A stretch of DNA of 64,000 nucleotides from Rikenella microfusus. Lineage in GTDB: Bacteria > Bacteroidota > Bacteroidia > Bacteroidales > VadinHA17. The position numbers and the translations under genes were made by a program. Shown in pieces: positions 23,557 to 34,783 of this stretch (positions are counted from its first letter, which is position 1; each line of letters starts with the position of its first letter). The notes beneath the pieces are model-generated. The model had not been told where the DNA came from and made no database searches. It worked only from the letters and a program-made list of their open reading frames with translations. The stretch lies in NCBI GenBank assembly GCA_020722575.1, contig DYKN01000013.1, positions 5,649 to 69,648 on the forward strand, written 5' to 3'.

Positions 23557-25143
23557 TCATTGCTTATCAAAATCGGATGTATGATGGAAATGCACCAAAG
23601 GATATTGTTGCTTATAATAGTTTAACATCCATTCTGATTCAGCAAAAAAGACATAATGATTGTTTTTATCAGTTCCTATACTTCCAGCTTTGAAACCGAG
23701 AAATTTTTCAAACTGCTCTTTATCATCTGATGTGATCCAACAAGCCTTATAAAAATTCAAAGGTTCAAAACGGCACTCTGCGTCATATTCATTGGCTAAC
23801 CTGTATTGTATGACATCAAATTGAAGCAATCCTACAGTTCCAACAATTTTTCTTCTGCCGTTATCCAGTTCAAAAAGTTGTGCAACCCCTTCGTCAGTGA
23901 GCTGTTTTATCCCTTTATCAAGTTGCTTTACTTTTGTTGAGGTTTTGATAAGTTCTTTGAAAACTTCAGGTGAAAAACTGGGTATACCTTGAAAAAAAAG
24001 CTTCTCTCCTTCCGTCAATGTATCACCTATCTTGAAATTCCCGCGATCATATAATCCGATGACGTCACCAGGAAAAGCTTCGTCAATGACATCTTTTTTT
24101 TGGCCTAAAAAACTTGCTGGATTCGTAAATCTTAAATCTGAATCAATTCTTGTATGCCTATAGAATTTGTTCCTTTCAAATTTTCCAGAACAGACTCTAA
24201 AAAATGCCACCCTGTCCCTATGACGCAAATCGAGATTTGCATGTATTTTAAATACAAAACCGGTAAATGATCCTTCCTCAGGATATACCATCCTCTTGTC
24301 AGTCAAACGAGGACATGGAGGTGGCGCAATTTCAACAAAAGTTTCCAACAATTCTTTCACACCAAAATTATTAAGTGCGCTACCAAAAAAAACAGGAGCT
24401 TGATGCCCTTCCAAATACTGTTTTTTATCAAAAGAACCATACACACCGTTAACAAGTTCAACATCCTGTCTGAGTCTTATTGCATTTTCCATTCCTATCC
24501 TATCATCTAGAAGCTTACTTGAAAGATCTTTGATATCAAATATGCCCATTTCCTCTAAAGGTCTATTAGCTACAAAGAGATGAAGACTTTGATGATGAAT
24601 ATTATAAACACCTTTAAAACTTGAACCACGGCTAATAGGCCAGCTTAATGGACATACTTTGATAGATAACTTGTTCTCCAATTCGTCCAACAATAGGATA
24701 GGATCATTGCCTTCTCGATCAAGCTTGTTAATAAAAATAATGACAGGAGTGTTCCGCATCCTACAGACATTCATCAGCTTTTCTGTCTGTTCTTCAACCC
24801 CTTTTACACTGTCAACGACAAGAATAACGCTATCAACAGCTGTTAAAGTACGATATGTATCTTCTGCAAAATCCTTATGTCCAGGAGTGTCCAATAGATT
24901 TATTTTTAAATCATCATATTCAAAACTCATGACTGCAGAAGCGACAGAAATACCCCTTTCTTTCTCAATTTCCATGAAATCTGAGGTTGTTGACCTTTTA
25001 ATCTTGTTTGATTTGACAGCTCCTGCAGTATGGATGGCTCCTGCAAAAAGAAGAAATTTTTCCGTTAAAGTGGTTTTTCCAGCATCAGGATGGCTAATAA
25101 TAGCGAAAGTTCTTCGTTTTTGTATCTCTTCCAATAGGCTCAT
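23557..25143 (-). CDS. prfC: Peptide chain release factor 3
   Basis: [36 protein letters not shown]. Confidence 0.98.
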   Translation of the reverse strand: MSLLEEIQKRRTFAIISHPDAGKTTLTEKFLLFAGAIHTAGAVKSNKIKRSTTSDFMEIEKERGISVASAVMSFEYDDLKINLLDTPGHKDFAEDTYRTLTAVDSVILVVDSVKGVEEQTEKLMNVCRMRNTPVIIFINKLDREGNDPILLLDELENKLSIKVCPLSWPISRGSSFKGVYNIHHQSLHLFVANRPLEEMGIFDIKDLSSKLLDDRIGMENAIRLRQDVELVNGVYGSFDKKQYLEGHQAPVFFGSALNNFGVKELLETFVEIAPPPCPRLTDKRMVYPEEGSFTGFVFKIHANLDLRHRDRVAFFRVCSGKFERNKFYRHTRIDSDLRFTNPASFLGQKKDVIDEAFPGDVIGLYDRGNFKIGDTLTEGEKLFFQGIPSFSPEVFKELIKTSTKVKQLDKGIKQLTDEGVAQLFELDNGRRKIVGTVGLLQFDVIQYRLANEYDAECRFEPLNFYKACWITSDDKEQFEKFLGFKAGSIGTDKNNHYVFFAESEWMLNYYKQQYPLVHFHHTSDFDKQ

Positions 25144-25187
25144 GTGATAACCTCAAATTAAAGAAAATAGGACGGATTTATTGTAAA

Positions 25188-27452
25188 TCAATTCTGATAA
25201 AAGGCAGAAAGTATCTTTCGAACTTCTGTATAATCATGCACACGTGAACCTGCATAGGTAGGCTCATTTCCAACTTTGATAGTAATAGCTCCTTCAGGCA
25301 ATGCCTCGAAAAGATCTTCATCAGTCATATCATCTCCTATAGCGATAATAAAGGAGCTTCCCGTCTCAGCAAGAATCTTTTTGGCAGCCCGCCCTTTATC
25401 GATTTCCACATTTTTGACTTCTAAAACCTTGTTACCTTCAAGAACTTTAAGACTCATATTTGATATGGTATTCAGTATGGTTCGTTTCAATTCTCGCATA
25501 CGTGATTCAGCAATTGAAGGATGAACCATCCGATAATGCCAAACAAGTGAAAAATCCTTTTCTTCAATATATGACCCTGGGGTCCGATCAAGATAAAGCT
25601 GAAAAAGTGGACGTAGATGCTCTTTCCATCTTGAATCGAGATCAATAGGCTTCTCCCATTGAGCGCCAGGTTTTCTGATCCAGGCACCATGTTCAGCAAT
25701 AAGAAAAAATTTCCTTTTCCCGAATTTTTCCTCTAAAAACCTTCTATTCCTACCACTGATAATGACAAGCTTATTCTCATTATCACGTTCAAGCTGAAGC
25801 AGGATATCATTTAATTCTATATCATCACTAAAATCCTTGATTACTTCAAAAACGTTTAGTTTTTTGACCAAATCAAATATAAAATCAGAAGCTTTGGGTA
25901 CAAAAGTCAAGCCTTGAGGTTTCTTCTTGAAGGGAACCAGAGTTCCGTCATAATCAAGAAAAATAACCCTGTTTTTTGATTTTTTATAATAAGCAGATAT
26001 TTCCTTGATCCATTTCATATCAATAAACCGGGCGGAAGGCTTGTTTTTTGTTGTTTCCAGATTTTGCAAGTCTTCCATGAAATTTCCCGCCCATTTGAAT
26101 ACATCCTTATTCAAAAGCCTTTCCCTCATAATACGCATTCTCTGTTTTTTTTCGTTAACAGGCATTTTTAAGGCTGTAATGATGGCTGATGAGATTTCAT
26201 CGTTACTATGAGGATTAACAGTCAAAGCCTCTCCTAATTCCTCAGAAACTCCAGCCATCTCACTGAGAATCAGAACTCCATCCAAATCATGCTTGACTGC
26301 GACATATTCTTTTGCAACAAGGTTCATCCCATCACGTAATGGGGTAACCAAAGCTACATCTGCCAAATAATATAATGCACATAATTCCGGAAAATCGATG
26401 GATCGTGTCAAATAATGTATTGGTGTCCATCCGACTGTCTCATATCTTCCATTGATTTTTCCAACGAGTTCATTGACTTTGGAATGGAGATCACCATATG
26501 CTGTGACATTTGTCCTGCTTGGCACAGCAACAATAATCCATATTACTTTTTTAAGGAACTCCGCATGTTTCTCTAAAAAAACCTGGAAACTTTCCAATCT
26601 TTCAGTAATTCCTTTCGAATAATCAAGCCGATCAACGGAAAGGATAATCTTATATCCATCTGTATTCTTTTTTAATTCTTTGAGATATGACTTGAATTCT
26701 GGGATTTTCGATACGGATTCGAATTTTCTATAATCAATACCCATTGGAAATGCAGAAACCTTCACCTTGCGTTCTGAAAACCTGATAACATCAAAAACAT
26801 CCTCGTAACCAAGCAGATGGTGTACATTATCTAAAAAATGACGGACATAACTCGAAGTATGGAAGCCAATCAGATCAGCACCAAGTAAGCCTTCCAATAT
26901 AGCTTTTCTCCAAGGAAGCAATCGAAATACCTCATAAGTCGGAAATGGTATATGGAGAAAAAAGCCTATCATTGCATTTGGTTCAACATTTCTTAGCATC
27001 ATTGGTAACAGCAAAAAATGATAATCCTGTATCCAGACATAATCACCCGTCATATAGGTATCTTGCACATTTTTAAGAAATAAAAGATTTACCTTATGAT
27101 AGGTATCCCAATGCAAACTGTTAAATTTCGTATAATTCGGGAAATAGTGAAATAAAGGCCATAATGTCTCATTACTGAATCCTTCATAATATTCAGAAAC
27201 ATCAGTATTTGACAGGAAAACCGGTATGCACTGATATTTAGTCTTTAATACTTGTGTGATCTCTTTCATTTCTTTTTCATTGACAGATTCCGAAGTTATC
27301 CCTGGGAAACCAATCCAATAACAGTCAAATTTTGCAGATAAAGAAGACATTCCTGTCGCTAAACCGCCAACACTCTGTTTATAGATTAATCCGTTTTCTG
27401 TCTTTTCAACAGTAACAGGAAGCCTGTTAGCAACCAGTATAAGTTTAGACAT
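25188..27452 (-). CDS. Bifunctional trehalose-6-phosphate synthase/phosphatase (OtsA-OtsB fusion)
   Basis: [38 protein letters not shown]; HAD motifs DYDGTL and GDDMTDED. Likely start MSKLIL at 27452. Confidence 0.96.
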   Translation of the reverse strand: MSKLILVANRLPVTVEKTENGLIYKQSVGGLATGMSSLSAKFDCYWIGFPGITSESVNEKEMKEITQVLKTKYQCIPVFLSNTDVSEYYEGFSNETLWPLFHYFPNYTKFNSLHWDTYHKVNLLFLKNVQDTYMTGDYVWIQDYHFLLLPMMLRNVEPNAMIGFFLHIPFPTYEVFRLLPWRKAILEGLLGADLIGFHTSSYVRHFLDNVHHLLGYEDVFDVIRFSERKVKVSAFPMGIDYRKFESVSKIPEFKSYLKELKKNTDGYKIILSVDRLDYSKGITERLESFQVFLEKHAEFLKKVIWIIVAVPSRTNVTAYGDLHSKVNELVGKINGRYETVGWTPIHYLTRSIDFPELCALYYLADVALVTPLRDGMNLVAKEYVAVKHDLDGVLILSEMAGVSEELGEALTVNPHSNDEISSAIITALKMPVNEKKQRMRIMRERLLNKDVFKWAGNFMEDLQNLETTKNKPSARFIDMKWIKEISAYYKKSKNRVIFLDYDGTLVPFKKKPQGLTFVPKASDFIFDLVKKLNVFEVIKDFSDDIELNDILLQLERDNENKLVIISGRNRRFLEEKFGKRKFFLIAEHGAWIRKPGAQWEKPIDLDSRWKEHLRPLFQLYLDRTPGSYIEEKDFSLVWHYRMVHPSIAESRMRELKRTILNTISNMSLKVLEGNKVLEVKNVEIDKGRAAKKILAETGSSFIIAIGDDMTDEDLFEALPEGAITIKVGNEPTYAGSRVHDYTEVRKILSAFYQN

Positions 27453-27472
27453 TGTCGCTCCAAGCAGTAAAT

Positions 27473-28417
27473 TCATTCATTATTGGTGATTCCCAGTTTT
27501 TTATTATTGTGCATAAAAAAATCAGAAAGCTTTTTCCTGAAGGAATTGTCAAGTTTCCTTTTTAATACGGCAATTCTTTCCAGTTTTTCAGGATCATTGA
27601 TTTTCATTTCCATGATACCTATCAGATTCTTGATATCTGAACGTTTTGGTGAAAGAATATGCGCTGCATGAAATTTTTTTAATGCCTCTTCCATTTTCCC
27701 AGAGTCGAAAAGTGATAAGCCTTCATATAGCAAATCAACCGCTTTCGTCTCCATCGCTTCGGATTCTGGGATATCTTCCCTCTTAGGTAAAAGAAATAGG
27801 CTTAATAAGAATAAAAAAGGATAAACCATAAGGGATAAAAACAATGAAATATGTTTGAGAGACTTAAGACCATGAATTGTCAAAAACACCATCCCAAACA
27901 ATATCAATCCTAGCAGAGAAAGATAAAAAGGATAGCTAAGGTTGGAATTCCTATGATAACAAAGATACAGCCAGACCATAAAAAAGCTAACTAGGACAGT
28001 AATGAATATGACAGTTCTCTGTTCACTTATTATCTGTTCATCGATTCCTGCAATTTTCCACGAAATCTTATTGTTATATATACGTTGGATGGGGAGCATC
28101 AGAGGTCCTTCATATTGATCAATACTTTTATCATTAAAAGCAAGAGTCACTTTAGAACCCTTCGTCAGCAAGAGATAAGACTTGTTATCAAGAATGAATT
28201 CCTGGTGCAAATTCAAAGGCGAAGCGCCCCCATTTTCTACCAATGAAACATCACCTGAAACCATTGTGACTTTCGCCAAAAAATTATCATATTTTTTAAG
28301 CTCATTTCTTCTGTTAATACTGTCATAAATAAGGATAGAGTCCATTGTGATTAAAGCGGATGCCGCAATAATAAAAGTAAAAAGAAACTTTCTCTTCCTT
28401 TTTCTTATGACGTCCAT
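27473..28417 (-). CDS. Membrane protein: TM, FecR-like beta region, 3 TM, C-terminal TPR
   Basis: Hydrophobicity pattern; KVTMVSGDV...GSKVTLAFND resembles a FecR N-terminal region; YEGLSLFDSGKMEEAL is TPR-like. Confidence 0.6.
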   Translation of the reverse strand: MDVIRKRKRKFLFTFIIAASALITMDSILIYDSINRRNELKKYDNFLAKVTMVSGDVSLVENGGASPLNLHQEFILDNKSYLLLTKGSKVTLAFNDKSIDQYEGPLMLPIQRIYNNKISWKIAGIDEQIISEQRTVIFITVLVSFFMVWLYLCYHRNSNLSYPFYLSLLGLILFGMVFLTIHGLKSLKHISLFLSLMVYPFLFLLSLFLLPKREDIPESEAMETKAVDLLYEGLSLFDSGKMEEALKKFHAAHILSPKRSDIKNLIGIMEMKINDPEKLERIAVLKRKLDNSFRKKLSDFFMHNNKKLGITNNE

Positions 28418-28450
28418 TCTTTTTTCATCTCCTGATATTCCTCTTATGAT

Positions 28451-29797
28451 TTATACATTGGTTTCCATGACAATCCTGTTAAATGCAGCCCTATCATCAG
28501 CATCAATGTTCCAAACATGTGAATCATCCGTATCAAGTTTTTTCTTGAGTTTTTCTGGAATGGGTGGTTCAAAACCAAGTATCCTGGAAATTTTTTCTGG
28601 GAATTTCGAAGGATCTGCCGTAAGGAATACTCCTGTCTTAACATCTCTGTATTGAGGAAAATTCTCCTGGAACTTAAGAGTTCCTGCCAAAGCGACAGCA
28701 CCATGAACATCCAAAATATACCCTTTTTCATCATATGTTTTTTTGATTATTTTTGAAGTCTCTTCATCAGTTACTGTTATGGGACTTATCATACGTTGCA
28801 TTTCTTCCATATTATTATTAAACAGATAAAGTATTCTTGGAATATTATTAGGCAACTTAACATTCATGGCATTGCTTAAACATTCAATGGTTTCATTTAC
28901 GGTAACTGCTGATTTACCTTCTTCAAGCATTCTGACAAGATAATTATTCTCATTATGAGGGGCTACAAATTTCTTTATCGGTAGGCCACCAATCATTGGC
29001 ATGGCAAGAAAATTTGAACCTATATGACCGGCATTCCCAGTTGGGATGGAAACAATAATCTCTTCCGGATAATCGGCAATCTGAGAATACAGCCAAAACG
29101 AGAAAACCGACTGAGGAATAAATCGCCCCCAATTGATAGAATTCGCGGATGTAGGATTGAATTTGTTCAGACTCTTATCATTCAAAGCATTCTTAGCGAG
29201 TTCCTGACAATCATGAAAATCACCATTTACTTCAATAGGGAAAATATTTCCTCCAAGAGTTGTCATCTGTTTTCTTTGTGTCAGCGTGACCCGGTCTTTG
29301 GGGAATAAACAATAGACCTTGATGTTTTTCTTATTATAAAAAGCCTCATTAATGGCAGGTCCAGTATCCCCACTTGTTCCTACAAAGATGGTTATGCTCT
29401 GATTCGTTTTGGCAAGATAGTATTCAATAACAGATGCCAATAACTGGGCTGCAAAATCCTTAAAAGCAAAAGTCCAATTATGGAAAAGTTCCAGAAAAAA
29501 CAACCTGGGAAAAAGTTCAACAATAGGAGCTTGAATGCCATCATAAGTCTTATTGATCAGCCCATAAAAATCATTCTTCGGAATAGAATCAAAATAAGGA
29601 TATAGAATCTCAAAAGCGATATTCTTATAGTCTTTTCCTTTTAAACCTCGAAGGACTTCCTCTGGATATCGGATGAGCTGTTCAGGGACAAACAACCCCT
29701 TTTCTGGGGCTTGTCCCATAAAAAGGACATCCTGCAATGAATAATGCAACTTCGGAATATTTTTATTGAAATAGTCATTTGTATTGATAAATTGCAT
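28451..29797 (-). CDS. thrC: Threonine synthase
   Basis: GLFVP, ELFH..T.AFKD (PLP Lys), TSGDTG, SANSINWGR, PTGN. Confidence 0.93.
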   Translation of the reverse strand: MQFINTNDYFNKNIPKLHYSLQDVLFMGQAPEKGLFVPEQLIRYPEEVLRGLKGKDYKNIAFEILYPYFDSIPKNDFYGLINKTYDGIQAPIVELFPRLFFLELFHNWTFAFKDFAAQLLASVIEYYLAKTNQSITIFVGTSGDTGPAINEAFYNKKNIKVYCLFPKDRVTLTQRKQMTTLGGNIFPIEVNGDFHDCQELAKNALNDKSLNKFNPTSANSINWGRFIPQSVFSFWLYSQIADYPEEIIVSIPTGNAGHIGSNFLAMPMIGGLPIKKFVAPHNENNYLVRMLEEGKSAVTVNETIECLSNAMNVKLPNNIPRILYLFNNNMEEMQRMISPITVTDEETSKIIKKTYDEKGYILDVHGAVALAGTLKFQENFPQYRDVKTGVFLTADPSKFPEKISRILGFEPPIPEKLKKKLDTDDSHVWNIDADDRAAFNRIVMETNV

Positions 29798-29798
29798 G

Positions 29799-30086
29799 TC
29801 AGTTCATGCTCCTATAATGTTTTGATGATGACAAATCATATTTATAATTGCGAATATATAATAAAACATCAAATAAAACCATTATCATATTTATCAAATA
29901 AAAATATAATACATAATTATTGTCATTAATCAACTTATGGATAATTCCAAACAGGTATCCAAGTAAGACTATCAATAAGAACATGAGACTTTTCCCTTTT
30001 GTTGTCTTGCTTTTCCATGATTTATATATTGATAAAGGCCATGCTGCACCAAAACACATCAACATTCCTACTTCAAAGAAAGTCAT
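29799..30086 (-). CDS. Small PQ-loop/SemiSWEET-like membrane protein
   Basis: CFGAAWPLSIYKSWKSKTTKGKS; 3 TM. Confidence 0.75.
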   Translation of the reverse strand: MTFFEVGMLMCFGAAWPLSIYKSWKSKTTKGKSLMFLLIVLLGYLFGIIHKLINDNNYVLYFYLINMIMVLFDVLLYIRNYKYDLSSSKHYRSMN

Positions 30087-30098
30087 ATTTTTCCCCTG

Positions 30099-32021
30099 CT
30101 AATGTTTCTTATATAATAGTGTATTTCGCATCTTGATTGTCTGATCATAATCTGATTGTAAACGTCCAATAGCCTCAACATCTCCAATCCGTGACGCATC
30201 TACGATATGTTTTTTAATCACATCTATCGTTTTATCAAGCTTTTTTTTTAGGATCTTATTACGGTAATCATAAAACATCTTGTTTTCAGTCTCTTCATGG
30301 CTCATCATATGATTTGTTGATTTGAACTTATCTGAAAGCATAATGGCTGTTATTTTTGAATTTACAACGGGATCCTGGGAATAATTTATAAAATCATCAA
30401 CATTAAAATGTCCTTTTTGTTCATAAATCTCAAAAGCTGTTCTAAAGGCTTTTTTGGATATATCATCTGAAAAATCCTGTTCTTTAAATATGGATAAAAT
30501 CTCCTCCATCTTTTCACTATGCATCAGCAAAAGAAGAATAAATTCACGTTCTAACCTGTTCCATGAAATGTCATCATTTTCTGTTTTAGATAAGTTTGTG
30601 ACGGGCAATGGTACTCTCACAAAACTTTCAATATCCTTCCTGTATCTTTCTAATTCAACCTTTATCCCTTCTACTGTCACATCCAATTCCTTTGCCAAGG
30701 TATTAATGACAATATCATGTTCTAAGGCATTTTTCAGTTTAATCAGATATTTAAAAATGTAGGAAAGGAGCTTAAGTTTACCTAACATCGTCTTGATATC
30801 AAATTTTTCCTTGAGATACCTGATCATATATGTGAAAACATCCGGACAAGAATTCTTAAGCTCCATAAAAGCTTCATATTCATGTGTATTAAGATAATCA
30901 AAGGGATCCATTCCAAAAGGAAGTCTCAATATCCTGATATTGTATTCATGATCTAACATCATTTCAACCGTACGCCATGTCGCTTTCTCACCCGCCACAT
31001 CAGGATCAAAAATCAGGACTGCGTTTCTTGTATAACGACGGAGCAGATTGATATGACCCTCAGTCAATGAAGTGCCCAAAGGGGCAACTACATTTTTTAC
31101 GCCTTTCTGAAACAGCATCATCACATCAAAATATCCTTCAACAATGATCACTTCGTCCAGATCACGTATGATATTTTTGGAATGATTCAATGCGAAAAGT
31201 GTCTCGCTTTTCTTGAAAACCGGTGATTCTGCTGAATTGATATATTTCGGAATATTTTTATCCTCATGCCCCTCTTTCTTGTTGTTTATTGCCTTTGAAC
31301 CTAATTTTTCAGATTCTAAGTCACTTGTATGCATGACGATTGGGATGACTCGTCCCCCAAAACCTAATACATGCCCTGCTATATCCTGTATGGGAACCAT
31401 TAATCGATTGCGAAAGGAATCATAATAATTCCCTTTCTGGTTTTTCCGTATAAGTTGGGCTTTTTCCATGATCATATCTGAATATTTCATCTGTTTCAAA
31501 TCCAGATACAACCTATTCCAACCTTCATTTTGACTGGTTGGAGCAGGTGAAAAACCAAGATTAAACTTATTGATTGTTTCTTCAGAAATGTTCCGTTTTT
31601 TAAGGTATTCCCTGGCTTTAAGACCTTCTTGCTTATTGGTTAAAAAAAAATGATAGATATAAGCCGCTTTTTCATTGACTTTAAATATTTCCTGTCTCTC
31701 AAGATCCTCTTGGGTGACAGCTTGGGATTCTTCAGGAATGGCAATCCCATATTTTGCCGCTAAAAACTTGACACTTTCCACAAAATTCATATTATTCATT
31801 TTCATTATGAAAGTGAAGACATTTCCACCTTCTCCACAACCAAAACAATGATAAAAACCTTTTTCTGTATTGACATTAAAAGAAGGTGTTTTTTCTGAAT
31901 GAAATGGGCATAAGCCCTTCAGGCTTCTTCCCATTTTCTTGAGTCGGACATATTCGCCTACAACATCTTCTATCAGTGCTGTAGATTTTATCCTCTCAAT
32001 GATTTCATCCGGGATCCTCAT
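30099..32021 (-). CDS. dnaG: DNA primase
   Basis: CPFH..KTPSF and CFGC zinc-binding domain, FRNRLM, KYINS, EGYFDV, Toprim DPD. Confidence 0.97.
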   Translation of the reverse strand: MRIPDEIIERIKSTALIEDVVGEYVRLKKMGRSLKGLCPFHSEKTPSFNVNTEKGFYHCFGCGEGGNVFTFIMKMNNMNFVESVKFLAAKYGIAIPEESQAVTQEDLERQEIFKVNEKAAYIYHFFLTNKQEGLKAREYLKKRNISEETINKFNLGFSPAPTSQNEGWNRLYLDLKQMKYSDMIMEKAQLIRKNQKGNYYDSFRNRLMVPIQDIAGHVLGFGGRVIPIVMHTSDLESEKLGSKAINNKKEGHEDKNIPKYINSAESPVFKKSETLFALNHSKNIIRDLDEVIIVEGYFDVMMLFQKGVKNVVAPLGTSLTEGHINLLRRYTRNAVLIFDPDVAGEKATWRTVEMMLDHEYNIRILRLPFGMDPFDYLNTHEYEAFMELKNSCPDVFTYMIRYLKEKFDIKTMLGKLKLLSYIFKYLIKLKNALEHDIVINTLAKELDVTVEGIKVELERYRKDIESFVRVPLPVTNLSKTENDDISWNRLEREFILLLLMHSEKMEEILSIFKEQDFSDDISKKAFRTAFEIYEQKGHFNVDDFINYSQDPVVNSKITAIMLSDKFKSTNHMMSHEETENKMFYDYRNKILKKKLDKTIDVIKKHIVDASRIGDVEAIGRLQSDYDQTIKMRNTLLYKKH

Positions 32022-32479
32022 GACGACCCTATTTCATATACAAAAGCGATTTCATCACATTTGTCACGCTTTTGACATTTATCACAATCCAGCCATATCT
32101 TTTCTGGAAAAGATTCCTTATCAGTCTCTACAAAACCTAGATGCTTGAAAAAAAGAGGGGTCACAGTCAATGCAAACAGCTTTTTAAGACCAATCTCTCT
32201 TGCCACTTTCTTAAGCTGTTCAACAAGAGCTTTTCCAATCCCTTGACCTTGGTATTGCGGGTCAACTGCCAAAGAACGGACTTCAGCTAAAGTGCCGTTA
32301 TAAACACGTAAAAAAACACAACCAATGATTTTACCGTCTTTTTCAGCAATTTGATAATTACTGATATGTTCAAATAAGAAATCATGTGTTATCGGCAACA
32401 TCAGATTTTTTTCAGCAAACGTCTCGATCAAGCTGACAATACTGTCTGCATCAGAAATTATAGCTGGGCGCAACATCAT
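32018..32479 (-). CDS. Short amino-acid N-acetyltransferase (ArgA-like GNAT)
   Basis: AEVRSLAV..QGQGIG, FALT, FPEKIWLDCDKC...CDEIA. Confidence 0.85.
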   Translation of the reverse strand: MMLRPAIISDADSIVSLIETFAEKNLMLPITHDFLFEHISNYQIAEKDGKIIGCVFLRVYNGTLAEVRSLAVDPQYQGQGIGKALVEQLKKVAREIGLKKLFALTVTPLFFKHLGFVETDKESFPEKIWLDCDKCQKRDKCDEIAFVYEIGSS

Positions 32480-32480
32480 C

Positions 32481-32789
32481 TTATTGCATATTCTCCGAAG
32501 CGTCACTGGGAATATAGGGCATGCCTGTCATGACGTTGATTTTACCGAATTTAGCTTCAAACTTATTGAGATTATCCTGCAATGCATTCAAAAAAAGTTT
32601 GCAGTTCTTAGGATTCATGATAACCCTGGAATGAACCTTGGCTTTAGGTTTCCCAGGCAACAATCTCGCAAAATCCAGTATGAACTCCGAATCTGTATGA
32701 GAGACAATCACCAGATTAGAATACACACCTTCTGCTTCATGCTCGCCAATTTCAATTTTTAATTCCTGGGACATATTTTCATTGCTCAT
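32481..32789 (-). CDS. DUF3467 family protein
   Basis: AEGVYSNL..HT.SEFILDF..PKAKVHSRVIMNP. GGAG SD before the ATG at 32789. Confidence 0.85.
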   Translation of the reverse strand: MSNENMSQELKIEIGEHEAEGVYSNLVIVSHTDSEFILDFARLLPGKPKAKVHSRVIMNPKNCKLFLNALQDNLNKFEAKFGKINVMTGMPYIPSDASENMQ

Positions 32790-32799
32790 AGAGGGACTC

Positions 32800-33909
32800 C
32801 TATGCTTTTCCAAAAAATTTTCTTATCTGATGAATCACTTCAGTTTGCTGTTCTTCTGTCATAAGTGGGAACATCGGCAAAGACATGACTTCAGTCGTAC
32901 TTTTTTCAGCTATTGGAAAACTACCTTTTTTATAACCAAGATACTTGAAGCATTCCTGCATGTGTAATGCTATCGGATAATGAATAGCCGTGGGGATACC
33001 ATGATCATTCAGAAATCGACATAACTCATCACGTTGTGTAGTGCGGATCGTGAATTGGTTATAAACATGTCTGTTATAATCCTCTTTATACGGAACCGTG
33101 ACTACATCTTTTAATTTATCAATGTATGCTTCGGCTAATCGTTCACGTGACTTGAGCTCTTCATTCAAATACTTAAGCTTGACCCTTAATATAGCGGCTT
33201 GTATTGTGTCCATCCTGCCATTGATCCCAATATATTTATGTGAATACTTTACATCTTGCCCATGATTAGCTATTTGTCGCATTTTCAAAGCAAAATCCTC
33301 ATCATTGGAAAGTATCATCCCAGCATCACCATAACAACCCAGATTCTTACTTGGAAAAAAACTGAGTGCTGAAGCTTTCCCCATTGAACAGGCTTTTTTC
33401 CCTTTATATTCCGCTCCAATAGCTTGACATGCGTCCTCAATTACTGCAATACCATGACGTTGTGTGATAGCAAGTAACTCATCCATATCTGCACATTGGC
33501 CATATAAATGAACCGGAATGACCGCTTTGGTTTTTTTCGTTATTTTAGATTCCAATTGTGACGTGTCCAAATTATAAGTCTTTTCATTAATATCAATAAA
33601 AACAGGCGTCGCTCCTAAAAGGGAAATCACTTCTGCGGTCGCGATAAATGTAAAAGGTGTGGTAATGACTTCATCCCCTGGACCTATTCCCATAGCCATA
33701 AGTGGTACTAATAGGGCATCTGTCCCTGAAGCAACCCCAATAGCATGTTTTGTTGAACAGAAAGTTGCAATCTCTTTTTCCAATGCTGATACATCAGGCC
33801 CAAGTATAAACTGGGTAGATTCAAGGACTTTGTTGATTGCTTCTTGCATTTCAACTTTCATGTTTTCATATTGTAATTTCAAGTCAATAAAGTTCATTTT
33901 CATTGCCAT
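32800..33909 (-). CDS. DegT/DnrJ/EryC1/StrS sugar aminotransferase
   Basis: SGTDAL, EDACQAIG, SFFPSKNLG (PLP Lys), NGRMD. Confidence 0.95.
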   Translation of the reverse strand: MAMKMNFIDLKLQYENMKVEMQEAINKVLESTQFILGPDVSALEKEIATFCSTKHAIGVASGTDALLVPLMAMGIGPGDEVITTPFTFIATAEVISLLGATPVFIDINEKTYNLDTSQLESKITKKTKAVIPVHLYGQCADMDELLAITQRHGIAVIEDACQAIGAEYKGKKACSMGKASALSFFPSKNLGCYGDAGMILSNDEDFALKMRQIANHGQDVKYSHKYIGINGRMDTIQAAILRVKLKYLNEELKSRERLAEAYIDKLKDVVTVPYKEDYNRHVYNQFTIRTTQRDELCRFLNDHGIPTAIHYPIALHMQECFKYLGYKKGSFPIAEKSTTEVMSLPMFPLMTEEQQTEVIHQIRKFFGKA

Positions 33910-33989
33910 TTTATGTTCCTTTACTGGTTATTTTGTTCAATAATATAATCTTTTTATACGCTTTATTCAAATTAACTGAATACATCTCA

Positions 33990-34018
33990 TTGACTTATAG
34001 ATACTTGATTTCTATCTT
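33990..34018 (+). promoter_or_regulatory. Putative sigma70 promoter of trmJ
   Basis: TTGACT-N17-TATCTT. Confidence 0.5.
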
Positions 34019-34039
34019 TTTTACAGGTATTTTCATGTT

Positions 34040-34783
34040 ATGAAAACACAGCAGTCCCTTATCATCGTACTTGTAAGACCTCAATTTGCATAAAACATAG
34101 GAGCGACAGCAAGAGCGATGGCTAATTTTGGAGCTACAGAACTAAGACTTGTCAATCCACTCCCTTTTGATATGAAACATGCGCTCGCACTGGCCTGTGA
34201 TGGAGAAAAAATAGTAAAAAAAGCAGGCATTTTTTCATCGTGCGAACAAGCGCTTTATGACTGTCATTTTTCCATTGCTACTACAAGACGCACCAGACAT
34301 ATAGGGATCAAAACTTATATACCTGCAACATGCCTAAATGATGCTATTAAACATAAAATTTCAAGGATAGCCATTGTATTTGGCAATGAAAAATCAGGAT
34401 TATCCAACACTGAACTTTACTCTTGTGATATTGTCAGCACCATATCTACTACAGACCATGGCAGCCTTAATCTTTCTCAAGCTGTATTGGTTTACCTTTA
34501 CGAATGGTACAACCTTATTTCAAGAAACATAAATCTCTCAAATGATTCAATGATGACTACCATAAAAATTCCAGAGCATCATGAAAAATCCAGATTGTTT
34601 GAACTTTTTGAAACATTGATCACGGAAGGTGGTTATCAACCAAAAGAAAAAATTTCTGGTTTTATCCGAAAAATAAGGATGATCTATGAAACCCGTCCAA
34701 TATCCCAAAGGGAATTGAGGATTATGCTTACAGCTTTACGTTGGATTGAAAAAAGGGGGCATCGGACAATCAAGCGCATCTGA
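34040..34783 (+). pseudogene. trmJ: TrmJ/LasT SPOUT tRNA methyltransferase interrupted by an in-frame TAA at 34091-34093
   Basis: Reads MKTQQSLIIVLVRPQFA*NIGATARAMANFG... then FGNEKSGL and SLNLSQAV. The stop lies inside SPOUT motif 1. Confidence 0.8.

Noticed and set aside
34091-34093. TAA reassignment or programmed readthrough
   Set aside because: TAA terminates many genes in this window, and no other otherwise intact gene shows an internal stop.
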